Assembly (NCBI GenBank): GCA_016198685.1
Contig: JACQID010000006.1
Location: 211,111 to 275,110, forward strand
DNA from: Candidatus Aenigmatarchaeota archaeon
GTDB lineage: Archaea > Aenigmatarchaeota > Aenigmatarchaeia > GW2011-AR5
Direction of reading: 5' to 3'
Length of the DNA stretch: 64,000 nucleotides
Shown here piece by piece: positions 28,505 to 38,135 of this stretch. Made by a program: the position numbers and the translations under genes. Numbering within the stretch: the stretch's first letter is position 1; each line of letters starts with the position of its first letter. The notes beneath the pieces were generated by a model. It worked only from the letters and a program-made list of their open reading frames with translations. It did not search any database and was not told the origin of the DNA.

Positions 28505-28868
28505 TCCTAGGATGCTTCCGCCCAGCATGAGGCCCAAGAAGAGATATATAATATTCGAAATAATATCGGAATCACCTGTAGAATTTAAGGACTTTTCCAG
28601 CATGGCATGGAATTCATTTCTTTCTACATTGGGCGAAGCGCATGCAGCTGAGGCAAGAATATGGATAATACCGAATCTTTATGACGCCAAAAAACAGAAG
28701 GGCGTAATAAGATGCGGGAATGCATATGTCGAAGACATCCGGGCAGCCTTGGCCATGCTTTCTATCGTAGGAGAATCCCGTGCAATAATCAGGGTGGTTG
28801 GTGTCACAGGCACGATAAAATCGGCCAAGGAGAAATACGCCGATCCTAATTTAAAACAATACGCGTAA
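28497..28868 (+). CDS. rnp2: RNase P protein Pop5
   Basis: LPPSMRPKKRYIIF, GVTGTIKSA. Confidence 0.92.
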   Translation: MNDPRMLPPSMRPKKRYIIFEIISESPVEFKDFSSMAWNSFLSTLGEAHAAEARIWIIPNLYDAKKQKGVIRCGNAYVEDIRAALAMLSIVGESRAIIRVVGVTGTIKSAKEKYADPNLKQYA

Positions 28869-28876
28869 GTGATCGT

Positions 28877-29275
28877 ATGGATTATGCTGACATGCTTAAG
28901 AGGGCAAGGGAAAGAATCCCGAAGACCGAGAATAAGGAAAGGTTCGAGATTCCCATAGCTGAGGTGACCACGGGCAAACAGACCTCCATTAAGAATTTCA
29001 CTGAGATAGCCAAGGCCCTAAGGAGGGATTCAAAGCACCTCTCCAAATTCTTGTTCAAGGAATTGGCAGTGCCTGGAAGCTCAAGAGGCACGGAACTTCT
29101 GCTCCAGGGCAAGTTTTATCCAGGCCCAATAAAGCAGAAGATAGAGGAATATGCAAAAGAATATGTTTTCTGTCAGGAATGTGGCAAGCCTGACACCAAC
29201 ATGACAGAGGAAGGCAAGATCGTTGTGATCAAGTGCGAAGCCTGTGGCGCAAGAAAAACAGGAAGAAAGCTCTAG
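28877..29275 (+). CDS. eif2b: Translation initiation factor aIF2 beta
   Basis: RFEIP, YVFCQECGKPDT, KCEACGA. Confidence 0.95.
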   Translation: MDYADMLKRARERIPKTENKERFEIPIAEVTTGKQTSIKNFTEIAKALRRDSKHLSKFLFKELAVPGSSRGTELLLQGKFYPGPIKQKIEEYAKEYVFCQECGKPDTNMTEEGKIVVIKCEACGARKTGRKL

Positions 29276-29311
29276 CCAATTCTTTTTATAATTCCTATAG
29301 GAAATAATCCT

Positions 29312-29608
29312 ATGGGATTTTCGTACAAGATGCATGTCAGCGGGGACCACAGAGTATTGGCTATAGCAGATTCGGACGTGTTAGGCATGGTTTTTGAGGA
29401 AGGGGAACTTTTCATGGAAGTCGGGAAGAATTTCTACGGCGGCGAAGAATGCTCGGAAGATCAGGCACGTGAGCTTGCTGCAGAAGCCACGATAATAAAT
29501 GCCGTGGGGAAGAAAATCGTTAAGCTTCTCTCCGACGATGGCATGGTGGACAAGTCGATGATACTTGAAATAGGAGGCGTGCACCATGCGCAGGTCATTC
29601 GTATCTAA
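29312..29608 (+). CDS. DUF424 family protein
   Basis: LAIADSDVLG, NFYGG, ATIINAVG, GGVHHAQ. Confidence 0.85.
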   Translation: MGFSYKMHVSGDHRVLAIADSDVLGMVFEEGELFMEVGKNFYGGEECSEDQARELAAEATIINAVGKKIVKLLSDDGMVDKSMILEIGGVHHAQVIRI

Positions 29609-30200
29609 AGGTCAGTGGTTCATAATCTCCGCGGTTATAATATCAGGCGCATTGCTCGCTATATCCTTTATTTTCCGAGGCTATTTTGCCGCCGACACGT
29701 CTGCTGTGCAGCTAAACGACCAAAGCTATTACTTCTACTCAATCAACGAATCTATAGCGAACATCCATGCATCGAATACGGATTGCACAACCAAGCAGAA
29801 GGACATGGAAGAACTGGAGCATTTCGCTTCGCAGGAAATGATAGATAAAGGCATCGCTTTAGCGATGATATACGAAGTAGACTGTACAAGCAATACTATA
29901 AACAAGAAAGTTTTGCTCCTTCACTCCGGTGACATGGAAATCTGGGAGGGGCAAAGACCGGCAATTTCGTCATTGATTCTACAAGGAGGTACAGGGAAGG
30001 GGGGAATTGCTGTTCCTGTAAATTATGAGTATAATATTCAAGCTGACATATACAGCAGCTTTGGAGGCGCTTTAGTCCGCTCTGAGCAAATCACAGTTCC
30101 TGCCGATGCGACTGAATTTGATGTAGGTCCGGCATCGGGCGGAAATTATATAGTACTGCGAAGCGTGTTACTTTCGGGCAACAGGCAGTTCGTCCTATAA
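29586..30200 (+). CDS. Secreted protein with class III (prepilin-like) signal peptide
   Basis: SKGQ|WFIISAVIISGALLAISFIF. Confidence 0.6.
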   Translation: MRRSFVSKGQWFIISAVIISGALLAISFIFRGYFAADTSAVQLNDQSYYFYSINESIANIHASNTDCTTKQKDMEELEHFASQEMIDKGIALAMIYEVDCTSNTINKKVLLLHSGDMEIWEGQRPAISSLILQGGTGKGGIAVPVNYEYNIQADIYSSFGGALVRSEQITVPADATEFDVGPASGGNYIVLRSVLLSGNRQFVL

Positions 30201-31277
30201 GCCTTCCACATCCTCTTTTTCTATGCCTTCAGGAAGGGCTGATTTTTTTGACATAGCTCTCAGAAGATGCGCATATTCGCGGACTCTGCGAGAGGAGATG
30301 TGGAGAATCGAAGATAGCTTGGAGGTGTCTTTTCGCGCGGCATATGCCCTCGGATAAGAGTATCTTGTGAATTTTCTATACATCTCCTGCTTGGCAAGCG
30401 CCACGCCAACTGCCCCCATGCTTGGATATTTGGCAAGCGACCATGCCTGTCTTTTCATTATGCGAGACGCAATCAAATCTGCTTTGGAGAGGGAATCCAG
30501 TGCTTTCCATATTTCTTCCGGCTTTTCATATTCCTCGGCCAAATTCCATTCAAGCCAGAGCAAAACATCAGATTCCGGCTTTTCACTATTACGAAGAACA
30601 GAGAGGACGTTTTCCATGCTTCTTGTTTTGAATATGATTTTCACAGTCTCAAATATGTCGTTTTCTGAATCCCGCAATCCGGCATTTTTTTCGTCGGCGA
30701 GGGATTCCATGTCTATTATCGCGGCGCGTACATCGCCGTCTGCGACGCGCGCTATATGAGACAAAGCAATGTCACTGGACTTCAAGGTCTCCTTATCGCG
30801 GATATTCTTCAGCAGTTTCGCTATGCTATCGTATCGGACTCTTTTGAACGCGAGAGGAGATGAAACTGCTCTTAGGTTTCTGAGCTTCTTGGAATAAGGA
30901 TCGGCCGCAATCAGCAGAACGGGAAATTTTGATGATTTTACTATCTCCTCCACCGCCTTCACAGAATCAACCATGTCAAGATCCTCTATGAGGATGGCTT
31001 TTTTCTTGTGTATGAGGCTTTGCTGCTCGGAGGAATTTTTAATCGTGGCTTGCAAGCCCTTGAGAGAGCGGTCATCCGCAGCGCTGGATTCAACAAGTTC
31101 CGCTCCTGCAGCCATGGCAGCGAGCTTTACTGAAAGAGATTTGCCAGTGCCCGGCGGCCCGGAAATCATTAGCGCTCCTCCTTTCCATTCGCGTATGAAT
31201 TTTTCCACGGCCCGTGCTGCCTCGGCATTACCCAATATTTCAGAAGCAGAAACAGGCTCGTATTTCTTCAGAAGCAT
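30195..31277 (-). CDS. rfcL: Replication factor C large subunit (short)
   Basis: KKYEP, GPPGTGKS, GDVRAAI, LEWN. Confidence 0.85.
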   Translation of the reverse strand: MLLKKYEPVSASEILGNAEAARAVEKFIREWKGGALMISGPPGTGKSLSVKLAAMAAGAELVESSAADDRSLKGLQATIKNSSEQQSLIHKKKAILIEDLDMVDSVKAVEEIVKSSKFPVLLIAADPYSKKLRNLRAVSSPLAFKRVRYDSIAKLLKNIRDKETLKSSDIALSHIARVADGDVRAAIIDMESLADEKNAGLRDSENDIFETVKIIFKTRSMENVLSVLRNSEKPESDVLLWLEWNLAEEYEKPEEIWKALDSLSKADLIASRIMKRQAWSLAKYPSMGAVGVALAKQEMYRKFTRYSYPRAYAARKDTSKLSSILHISSRRVREYAHLLRAMSKKSALPEGIEKEDVEGL

Positions 31278-31410
31278 ATTTATTCTTCTTTTGCAATCAT
31301 TAAACCTTTAAGTTCTGACGTCCCATAGATTAGCATGGGAAACCAAAATTCCCACCCGGTGACAGCATTTCTTTTTATAGTTTGAACGGCGAGTTAGTGC
31401 GGTGTTCCGG

Positions 31411-31584
31411 ATGGAAAAAAAACAAGAGATTTTGGAAGACGCGCAGGAAGAAGAAAGACCGCTCAAAGATTTGAGGCCGGTAAAAGATGCCCGCGAAATA
31501 CAGCTTCTTGAGCAAGGTTACGTTCCCAAGTTGAGCAAGACAGGAGAAAAATTCAAGGGCAAGAACAAGATAATAATCGGTTAA
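31411..31584 (+). CDS. Small charged hypothetical protein
   Basis: 57 aa, fills the intergenic gap. Confidence 0.45.
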   Translation: MEKKQEILEDAQEEERPLKDLRPVKDAREIQLLEQGYVPKLSKTGEKFKGKNKIIIG

Positions 31585-31664
31585 TTCCTTTGTGCGAGAA
31601 TCAGGACATCTGATTACATGTTTCAGTAGAGGTAGATTCGCGCCTCCTTTAGCGCCAAAGCAAT

Positions 31665-32702
31665 TCAATTGGCGTGGAATTTTACCGATCTGGCAAATTG
31701 TACAAGCCCTGCTTTCATTGATCTCTGCTCGACTATGTCATTGATGAAAGCCCTGTACCCGGTGCTTGTTCCATCCAATCCTATATACCCATGATCTATT
31801 TCTGCGGCAGCGAGGATCTCCGGCTTGTAAGGGCTGGTTTTTAAAATTCCTAATGCTTCTTCGACAGAAGAACTATTTACCATGCCACGGTATTCTGCAT
31901 AGCCTTCCATTATCATTCTGGCTATATATTCAGGCACGTCCGCATATCCGGCAAGTTCAGCGGAATCGACGTGTCTCAGTTCATGCTTTGTAACCCTGTA
32001 TAGCTCATCAAGATATATTTCAGGGTGTGTTATAGCGCCATTAAGTATTTCTTGATTTATTTCCAATGAATCGGCATACGCTCCTCTCGGTCCCAGTCTT
32101 ATGCCGGTAACACCCAAGGCGGCATCATTTTCCTTGGGATATACTGTTATTTTTCCCGAGGGTTGCGATCTAAGGCCTAGTCGATCTTCATGTTTTACTG
32201 CTTTTGCTGCATCATCTATGTATTTCTGCACTTCGTTGTCTGCGCTGTAGATTGCCGGAAAATTGAGCCATGCGGGCGCGTCTAACTCCTGAACAGATGC
32301 TCTAACAAAGCCTTCGCCTTCGGGAAGCGAAGAAACGTATATATCATTAAAATTATTGATCTGCGTAGCAGGAGCTCCTATATTCTTTGCGCTTGTTCTT
32401 TCTCGTGCATGCGTTCCTTGGATATCAGGAATATATACGCCTGTTTCTGCAAATCCAGCACCTGAAGACGCGGGTTTGTAATTCTTAACGGAAGAAACAT
32501 ACACTTCTCCAAGAGGATTTCTCGTTATATAACCAGCTCTGCCGATAGTATACCCTTCAGAGACGGGATTATTGAATACGTATGACTTAGGAGTTTCCCA
32601 TGTAGGCTTATTCATGAAACGTGCCTGATCCGTTAAAAGATCCGGCAGTGTGCGGGATTCTTCAATCTGCTTAGGAATCTGCCTAATTATAATAGCTACC
32701 AT
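31665..32702 (-). CDS. Hypothetical protein with gluzincin metallopeptidase-like motif
   Basis: KHELRH (HExxH) followed by EGYAEY. Confidence 0.6.
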   Translation of the reverse strand: MVAIIIRQIPKQIEESRTLPDLLTDQARFMNKPTWETPKSYVFNNPVSEGYTIGRAGYITRNPLGEVYVSSVKNYKPASSGAGFAETGVYIPDIQGTHARERTSAKNIGAPATQINNFNDIYVSSLPEGEGFVRASVQELDAPAWLNFPAIYSADNEVQKYIDDAAKAVKHEDRLGLRSQPSGKITVYPKENDAALGVTGIRLGPRGAYADSLEINQEILNGAITHPEIYLDELYRVTKHELRHVDSAELAGYADVPEYIARMIMEGYAEYRGMVNSSSVEEALGILKTSPYKPEILAAAEIDHGYIGLDGTSTGYRAFINDIVEQRSMKAGLVQFARSVKFHAN

Positions 32703-32726
32703 AAAACCGTATCTGTAGAAGAAAAT

Positions 32727-33392
32727 TTAAACCTTATCTGCCGCATAGATCTTCTTGATTTCATCGAGAGAGAGCTGGTGGATCTTCTTCGTCTTGAGAT
32801 TTCCAGGCGTGCCTGGTAAAATACCGGCGTTCTTGTTTTTCATGGTATATGCATGGCGAAGAAACGCCCAGAATTTTTCATCCATGATCTTTTTCTGCTT
32901 TAATACAAGAAAAGCGGAATCTATGCCTTTCGGCGCGAACGCTTCAGCCGGAACAATCCCTGCAATCTCCGCATCACAGCAATCCTCAACCAGAAGACCA
33001 AGCTTGTCCTGCGATATGGCTTTTTCTGCGAATTCCTTCTGTACAAGAAGAACGCAGATTTCCCATTTCTTCTTGAGAAGGGCAAGGAGGAGCGGCTGGG
33101 AAATGTAATACGGTATGTTGGATACTACCTTGCTGAATTCATGTTCCTTCTTCAAAAAAACAAGAGCATCTTCATGGAATACATCAACGTTAGCTATGGC
33201 CTGCAACGTAGGAATGAATTTTTCGTCCTTTTCGACGGCAAGAACTTTCGCCTTGGCCGCGAGCTTGCGGGTCAAATAAGCAGGGCCTGCCCCTATCTCC
33301 AGAATCACATCTTCTTTTTTCAATTCGGCAAGCGCAACCTCTTCGTTTAGAATGGCATTGCTCGAAATAAAGTGCTGATGGAGCTTTTGCAT
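32727..33392 (-). CDS. rsmA: 16S rRNA dimethyladenosine transferase KsgA/Dim1
   Basis: QHFI, LEIGAG, VVSNIPYYIS, QKEFA. Confidence 0.9.
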   Translation of the reverse strand: MQKLHQHFISSNAILNEEVALAELKKEDVILEIGAGPAYLTRKLAAKAKVLAVEKDEKFIPTLQAIANVDVFHEDALVFLKKEHEFSKVVSNIPYYISQPLLLALLKKKWEICVLLVQKEFAEKAISQDKLGLLVEDCCDAEIAGIVPAEAFAPKGIDSAFLVLKQKKIMDEKFWAFLRHAYTMKNKNAGILPGTPGNLKTKKIHQLSLDEIKKIYAADKV

Positions 33393-33394
33393 AG

Positions 33395-33586
33395 CTAAGT
33401 CCTGAACTTCGCAACATCCTGCAGTTTGTCTACATGCGTCATAAGAAGAGCCCTGCAGCAGTATCTCTTTACGCCCAGTTCATCAAGAACCTTTTCGGCG
33501 TTTATGCCATCGTTCTTCTCTTTGAACTTCTGCCATAAGCCGCCTATGGGCTTGCCGCATGTCATGCATCTAACGGGTATTATCAT
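33395..33586 (-). CDS. rpoN: RNA polymerase subunit N (Rpo10)
   Basis: MIIPVRCMTCGK, RYCCR. Confidence 0.96.
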   Translation of the reverse strand: MIIPVRCMTCGKPIGGLWQKFKEKNDGINAEKVLDELGVKRYCCRALLMTHVDKLQDVAKFRT

Positions 33587-33611
33587 TATTATCACTTGCT
33601 TTATGCAGTAT

Positions 33612-34025
33612 TTATCGCTTGCTCTGCTGCTTGCTTGCGCGAGGTCCGTCCTTTGAGCGGGATGGCTTGTGAGGCTCGGTCCTTCTTGCATCAGAAACCA
33701 GAATCGAGCGGTCGTATTCGGAATAAAGCTCTTTGAGCTTCTTGTCCTTGGTCCATTCCACAAGAGCGTGGCCTATAGCGGTTCTGGCGGCATTGCCTTG
33801 CCCCCAGACGCCGCCTCCGGCAACAGAAACATCAATATCAACGGTTCCCGCTACATCGCCAGCGAGCACAATAGGCTCCTGCATTCTCATGCGCTTGTAT
33901 CGCGGCTGAACGTTTTGAATAGGAACAGAATTTATCCTCACGATTCCTTTACCTTCCCTTATGATGGCTCTTGCTACAGCCTTCTTCCTCTTTCCAGTTG
34001 CAAACATGTTTTTCTTCTTGGCCAT
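33612..34025 (-). CDS. rps9: 30S ribosomal protein S9
   Basis: [22 protein letters not shown]. Confidence 0.96.
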   Translation of the reverse strand: MAKKKNMFATGKRKKAVARAIIREGKGIVRINSVPIQNVQPRYKRMRMQEPIVLAGDVAGTVDIDVSVAGGGVWGQGNAARTAIGHALVEWTKDKKLKELYSEYDRSILVSDARRTEPHKPSRSKDGPRASKQQSKR

Positions 34026-34429
34026 TAGCCTCTCCATCCTACGGTTTTCGCGAGCTCTTCCATATATAAGAAGGAAGATTTAATATTCTTTTCCATCTTG
34101 ATGGCTTCCTTGCCTTTGTATTCTTCAGGCATGCCGACATAAATCGAAAGCTTCTTCATGGCTGCCCTGCCCTTGAGAGTCTTGTAAGGCATCATGCCTC
34201 TTATCGTGCGTCTCACGAGCCTTTCAGGCGAGCGCTGGAAATACGGGCCGGAATACTTGGAACCTCTTTGTTCTCTTTCAAGATATTTGCCCTTTATAGT
34301 TTTCTTCGGGCCTGTTATTATTATCTTTTCCGCATTCAGGATCGTGACTTCTTCGCCCTTTATAAGATTCTTTGCAGCAGAAGAGGAGAGTCTTCCGAGA
34401 ACAGCATTCTTTCCGTCTATTATTATCAT
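34025..34429 (-). CDS. rpl13: 50S ribosomal protein L13
   Basis: [20 protein letters not shown]. Confidence 0.96.
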   Translation of the reverse strand: MIIIDGKNAVLGRLSSSAAKNLIKGEEVTILNAEKIIITGPKKTIKGKYLEREQRGSKYSGPYFQRSPERLVRRTIRGMMPYKTLKGRAAMKKLSIYVGMPEEYKGKEAIKMEKNIKSSFLYMEELAKTVGWRG

Positions 34430-34529
34430 ATTTATCAGCCTTTACTTTTCGCAAGAAGATTTAAATGCATTGCAACTCCTTGCATGAGGTTATTATTAGG
34501 CTTTATAACCCTTTTGGGAGAGGGTATAG

Positions 34530-34973
34530 ATGAAATTTAGAATTCCTTTTAGTGAAGCAGTAATAGCTGCCGTGTTAGCTGCGTCCGCAGCATGTAGTGA
34601 AATGCCGTCTACTCAGCAGCCATCAGTAACGACTGCTTATCCTACTCCAAACCTAAGCACCCGGTATTATTCTCCTGGAAAATCTTCCATGGTGGTAAAA
34701 ATAGAGGGCATAGACTGCAGTGATAAATATAGGATGGACCGGGAGAAATATCTTGACGATTTAACGACAGGAATATCAATTATCAGAACACATGGTGTGG
34801 CAGGTTATCCTATTCATCCAGATACCATCACATACGAATCTCTAGGAGATGGCAAATTTAATCTGACATTCAAGCTTCAAGGACCCCTTAAAAGTCAAGA
34901 AGACGCTGAGAGGATACATATTCAAACAGCTAACATTCTGTGCCCGACAATATCACTAAAGGAATATCATTAA
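34530..34973 (+). CDS. Hypothetical secreted/lipoprotein-like protein
   Basis: Hydrophobic leader ending ASAAC; S/T/P-rich linker. Confidence 0.65.
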   Translation: MKFRIPFSEAVIAAVLAASAACSEMPSTQQPSVTTAYPTPNLSTRYYSPGKSSMVVKIEGIDCSDKYRMDREKYLDDLTTGISIIRTHGVAGYPIHPDTITYESLGDGKFNLTFKLQGPLKSQEDAERIHIQTANILCPTISLKEYH

Positions 34974-35068
34974 TGCGGGGGGCAGGGTTTGAACCTGCGA
35001 AGGCACTAAGCCACGGGATTTCTTCACGGTCTTAAGTCCCGCCCCTTTGGCCGCTCGGGAACCCCCGC
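34974..35068 (-). tRNA. trnL: tRNA-Leu(TAA) with 11-nt intron (35020-35030) at position 37/38; CCA not encoded
   Basis: GCGGGGG/CCCCCGC acceptor, CGGGA-CTTAAG|A-TCCCG anticodon arm, long variable arm, GGTTCAAACCC. Confidence 0.93.
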
Positions 35069-35149
35069 TTGCATTTTAATTGGATATTATTGTTTTATAG
35101 CTGTAAATGCAAGAGTTGAATATAAAATTGATTGCAGAAAGAATCGATA

Positions 35150-35914
35150 TTACTTGATTGCTTTCTTGGCGTCTTTTAAGAAATCTTCGGCATTCTTTTC
35201 TATGCGTTCAAGAGCCATATCAAGAAGCTTGGGAGCCTCTAATCCGGATGCTGTTTCTACATTGAAGACAAAGGCCGTCTCGTCGTGACGGGCCTCATTA
35301 CCCTCGATGAATCTTACGCAGTCCTTGCATCCGTCCATGGGCGCGAGCCTTACGTTTGCGCCTTTCTTTTCAAGAGTATGAGCTTCGCAGGGCTTGGCTT
35401 TCCCTTCAGCCTTGACAATGTAAATATTCTGATAACCTGCTATTGCAGCCTGGTTTCTTGCTTTCTTTCTGCCAAAGCCCAAGCGTGCTGTTGCCTCGAA
35501 TTTCAATTTCTGTCCTTCAAGAAGTTCGACAATGGGGATGTCAGGGTCAGTAGACCTTACAGACGGATCAGTGCTTTTCATGTCCCCTGCCTTGACTATG
35601 CATGGGCCTTCTTTTTCTGCCACGAGAACCATCTGGCAGCGGCTGCATCCTTCTCCATTGCACTTGCATTCGGATTGCAGGCTGTACATTACAGGATCAA
35701 AAGTCAGGGGAATAAGACCGAGTCTTCGCACTAGAGCTTCATCAAAAAGCCCGGAGTTGTTGTTCTCAACATCAGCTTCTTCAATGGAAAGGACGGGTAT
35801 TCCGCCTATAAGAGTTCTCCTTATTGCGTTAGCCATTCCGACATCGCTTTCGGAAAGGACAAACCTTATGCTGTCCGAGGATTTTTCGAGAATCTTGAGT
35901 TCCATTATTATCAC
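35150..35914 (-). CDS. rpoD: RNA polymerase subunit D (Rpo3)
   Basis: ANAIRR, RLGLIPL, F.VET.SG. Confidence 0.96.
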   Translation of the reverse strand: MIIMELKILEKSSDSIRFVLSESDVGMANAIRRTLIGGIPVLSIEEADVENNNSGLFDEALVRRLGLIPLTFDPVMYSLQSECKCNGEGCSRCQMVLVAEKEGPCIVKAGDMKSTDPSVRSTDPDIPIVELLEGQKLKFEATARLGFGRKKARNQAAIAGYQNIYIVKAEGKAKPCEAHTLEKKGANVRLAPMDGCKDCVRFIEGNEARHDETAFVFNVETASGLEAPKLLDMALERIEKNAEDFLKDAKKAIK

Positions 35915-35971
35915 ATTTAATGTGAATGAAAATCTTTTAAAGGGTTCATTCGCGATTTCTTGCCACGCAGC

Positions 35972-36364
35972 TTATACTCTTCTTCCCCTGCGGCCGCCCT
36001 TCTTCCTCATGCTGTCATGCGGCATAGGCGTCACATCCTCAATTGAGGATATCCTGAAACCGCTTCGCGCAAGCGCACGTATAGCAGGCTGCGCACCCTG
36101 GCCGGGTATCTTGGATTTCGTTCCACCGGGCGCCCTTATTCTGATGTGAAGGTTGGTTACGCCCTGTGCATGAGCTTTTTCTGCAACCTTCCTGACAGCC
36201 TTCATGGCCGTGAAGGCCTTGCCCTTGTTCATATCCTTGTCCGAGACCTGGCCGCCCGAAGATATTGCTATCGTTTCAGCGCCTGTAACGTCGGTGATAT
36301 GGATTATGGTATTGTTCATGGAAGAATATATGCTGGCTATTGCGAATTTTTGCTTCATCATCAT
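35972..36364 (-). CDS. rps11: 30S ribosomal protein S11
   Basis: [32 protein letters not shown]. Confidence 0.97.
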   Translation of the reverse strand: MMMKQKFAIASIYSSMNNTIIHITDVTGAETIAISSGGQVSDKDMNKGKAFTAMKAVRKVAEKAHAQGVTNLHIRIRAPGGTKSKIPGQGAQPAIRALARSGFRISSIEDVTPMPHDSMRKKGGRRGRRV

Positions 36365-36879
36365 GCACCTTCTGCCGGCTTGGCTTCACTTTCATTTAAT
36401 TTAGCTATAATCTTGGCGGCTATTGACTCTTCAAGCTTTATGGAGGCTTCCTGAGTCGTAGGCACAAGATAGCTTGGCCATCTGGCTTTTCGTCCGTCTA
36501 TCATGACATGGCCATGGGTTATAAGCTGTCTTGAATGCTTCATCGTGTTTGCAAGGCCTTTTTTTGCAACAACGGATTGCAATCTTCTGTCCAGTATCTG
36601 CTCAAGAGGTATTCCTAGAACTTCATCCAGGCTCTTGACGTTTATGCCAAGCATTGCAAGCTTTGCAAATAGCTCCTGTTCTTTACTCTTGTCAGGAGAT
36701 GCCTGTAGGCTTCTTGCTCTTCTTCGAAGATTTCTGAGTATGCTTTCAGCTCTCCAGAGTTCCTTCTTTCTTCGAAGACCGTAAGAGCTGACTATGCCTT
36801 TCTCTTTTTCTATCCTCTCCTTGTCATATGGCTTGACAGGAGTCGCATATTTTCTTGTTTGCTGTTTTGGGTGTCCCAT
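36361..36879 (-). CDS. rps4: 30S ribosomal protein S4
   Basis: [26 protein letters not shown]. Confidence 0.96.
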   Translation of the reverse strand: MGHPKQQTRKYATPVKPYDKERIEKEKGIVSSYGLRRKKELWRAESILRNLRRRARSLQASPDKSKEQELFAKLAMLGINVKSLDEVLGIPLEQILDRRLQSVVAKKGLANTMKHSRQLITHGHVMIDGRKARWPSYLVPTTQEASIKLEESIAAKIIAKLNESEAKPAEGA

Positions 36880-36885
36880 GAATCA

Positions 36886-37380
36886 TCACTTCTTTGCCGG
36901 TGCAGGAGAGCTTTCGGCCTTTTTAGGTGCAGATTTCTCCTTCATGGCTTTCTTGCTGACGCCGACGCTTGTGTTCGTTCTGAACGAGCTGCGCGTGCGC
37001 TGTCCTCTTACAGGCTGGCCAAGTTCGTGTCTCAGCCCCTTGTAGGACTTTATCCTTTTGAGGAGGTTGATGTCTTCTCTCCTTGCAAAATCTAATGCTA
37101 TTTTAGTGAGATGAATATCCTTGCCCGTTTCCATGTCTTTTCTTCTGTTCAGGAGGAACGCAGGAACAGCAGGATTGGCTATTGCGCCCTGAAGGGTTTT
37201 GAGTTCGTCCGCAGACAGCTCGCCTATTTTCTTGTCTTCGCTTATTCCAGCTTTCATGCAGGCAACTTTGGAAAATGTGAATCCAACGCCTTTTATTCTT
37301 CGAAGGGCCTTGCCGGTCTTGAGAGTGCCATCTATGTCAGTATCCATGAATCTTACAATTTTTCTGAGTTCTGCCATCAA
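36886..37380 (-). CDS. rps13: 30S ribosomal protein S13
   Basis: IKGVG, YKGLRHELGQPVRGQRTRS. Confidence 0.97.
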   Translation of the reverse strand: MMAELRKIVRFMDTDIDGTLKTGKALRRIKGVGFTFSKVACMKAGISEDKKIGELSADELKTLQGAIANPAVPAFLLNRRKDMETGKDIHLTKIALDFARREDINLLKRIKSYKGLRHELGQPVRGQRTRSSFRTNTSVGVSKKAMKEKSAPKKAESSPAPAKK

Positions 37381-37420
37381 TTCACCGGGATTATTTCTTT
37401 ACAACCTAAAGCTTTAATGT

Positions 37421-37582
37421 TTACTCGATATTTGCCCATTTGAAGTCTCTCGGGTCGCGTCTGAGTTTGAACATATTCTTTTCGCATTTGTTGGAGTCGA
37501 AGGTGAAGATTTTCCCGTTTTTGTCAACGAAGACCAAACCTGTTCCTTCTTCTATTTCTTTGGAGCAAAAAGAGCATTTCAT
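37421..37582 (-). CDS. rpl24e: 50S ribosomal protein L24e (not in ORF track)
   Basis: Hand translation MKCSFCSKEIEEGTGLVFVDKNGKIFTFDSNKCEKNMFKLRRDPRDFKWANIE. Confidence 0.93.
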   Translation of the reverse strand: MKCSFCSKEIEEGTGLVFVDKNGKIFTFDSNKCEKNMFKLRRDPRDFKWANIE

Positions 37583-37585
37583 TTT

Positions 37586-37792
37586 TTATCGCCTTCCATA
37601 AGATTCGGAGGATTCCATTTCCGTTTCCTTGAGCATCAGTATGTCGCCAATTGCTACCGGACCCATCACGTTTCTTGTGAGAACCTTGCCCTTGTCACGG
37701 CCGTCTGTTAGTATGCACTTGACTACGGCGACTCCCTTGGCTCCGGATCTCTTTATTATGTTGATGACTTCGGCAGGTGTGGCGTCTGACAT
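37586..37792 (-). CDS. rps28e: 30S ribosomal protein S28e
   Basis: PAEVI, LTRNVMGPV.IGDILML.ETE. Confidence 0.93.
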   Translation of the reverse strand: MSDATPAEVINIIKRSGAKGVAVVKCILTDGRDKGKVLTRNVMGPVAIGDILMLKETEMESSESYGRR

Positions 37793-37797
37793 ATTGA

Positions 37798-38112
37798 TCA
37801 CTTGACTATTGAATTAAGTTTTGCTTTTGCTTCGCCTGCGTCCAGCACTGCAACAGAAACTGTCGGGACCTGCAATCCGGCAGCTCTTCCGAGTTCGGAT
37901 TTTGTAGGTACCTTCACGAGAGTTATCTTCTTCTCGTCGCACAGAGGCTGAAGGTGCATGACAATTTCAGGAGGAGTGACATCTTCGGCAACGACGACAA
38001 GCTTGGCCAAGCCTCTTTCCACGGCTTTGGTTGTTTCGTTTACGCCTTTCCTTATCTTGCCCGTCTCGCGGGAAGCTTCTATTATTTCAAAAATTTCTTC
38101 CGGTTTGGTCAT
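37798..38112 (-). CDS. rpl7ae: 50S ribosomal protein L7Ae
   Basis: GKIRKGVNETTKAVERG, AEDVTP, LGRAAG. Confidence 0.96.
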   Translation of the reverse strand: MTKPEEIFEIIEASRETGKIRKGVNETTKAVERGLAKLVVVAEDVTPPEIVMHLQPLCDEKKITLVKVPTKSELGRAAGLQVPTVSVAVLDAGEAKAKLNSIVK

Positions 38113-38135
38113 TGGTATACACCTCGCTTTTTATC

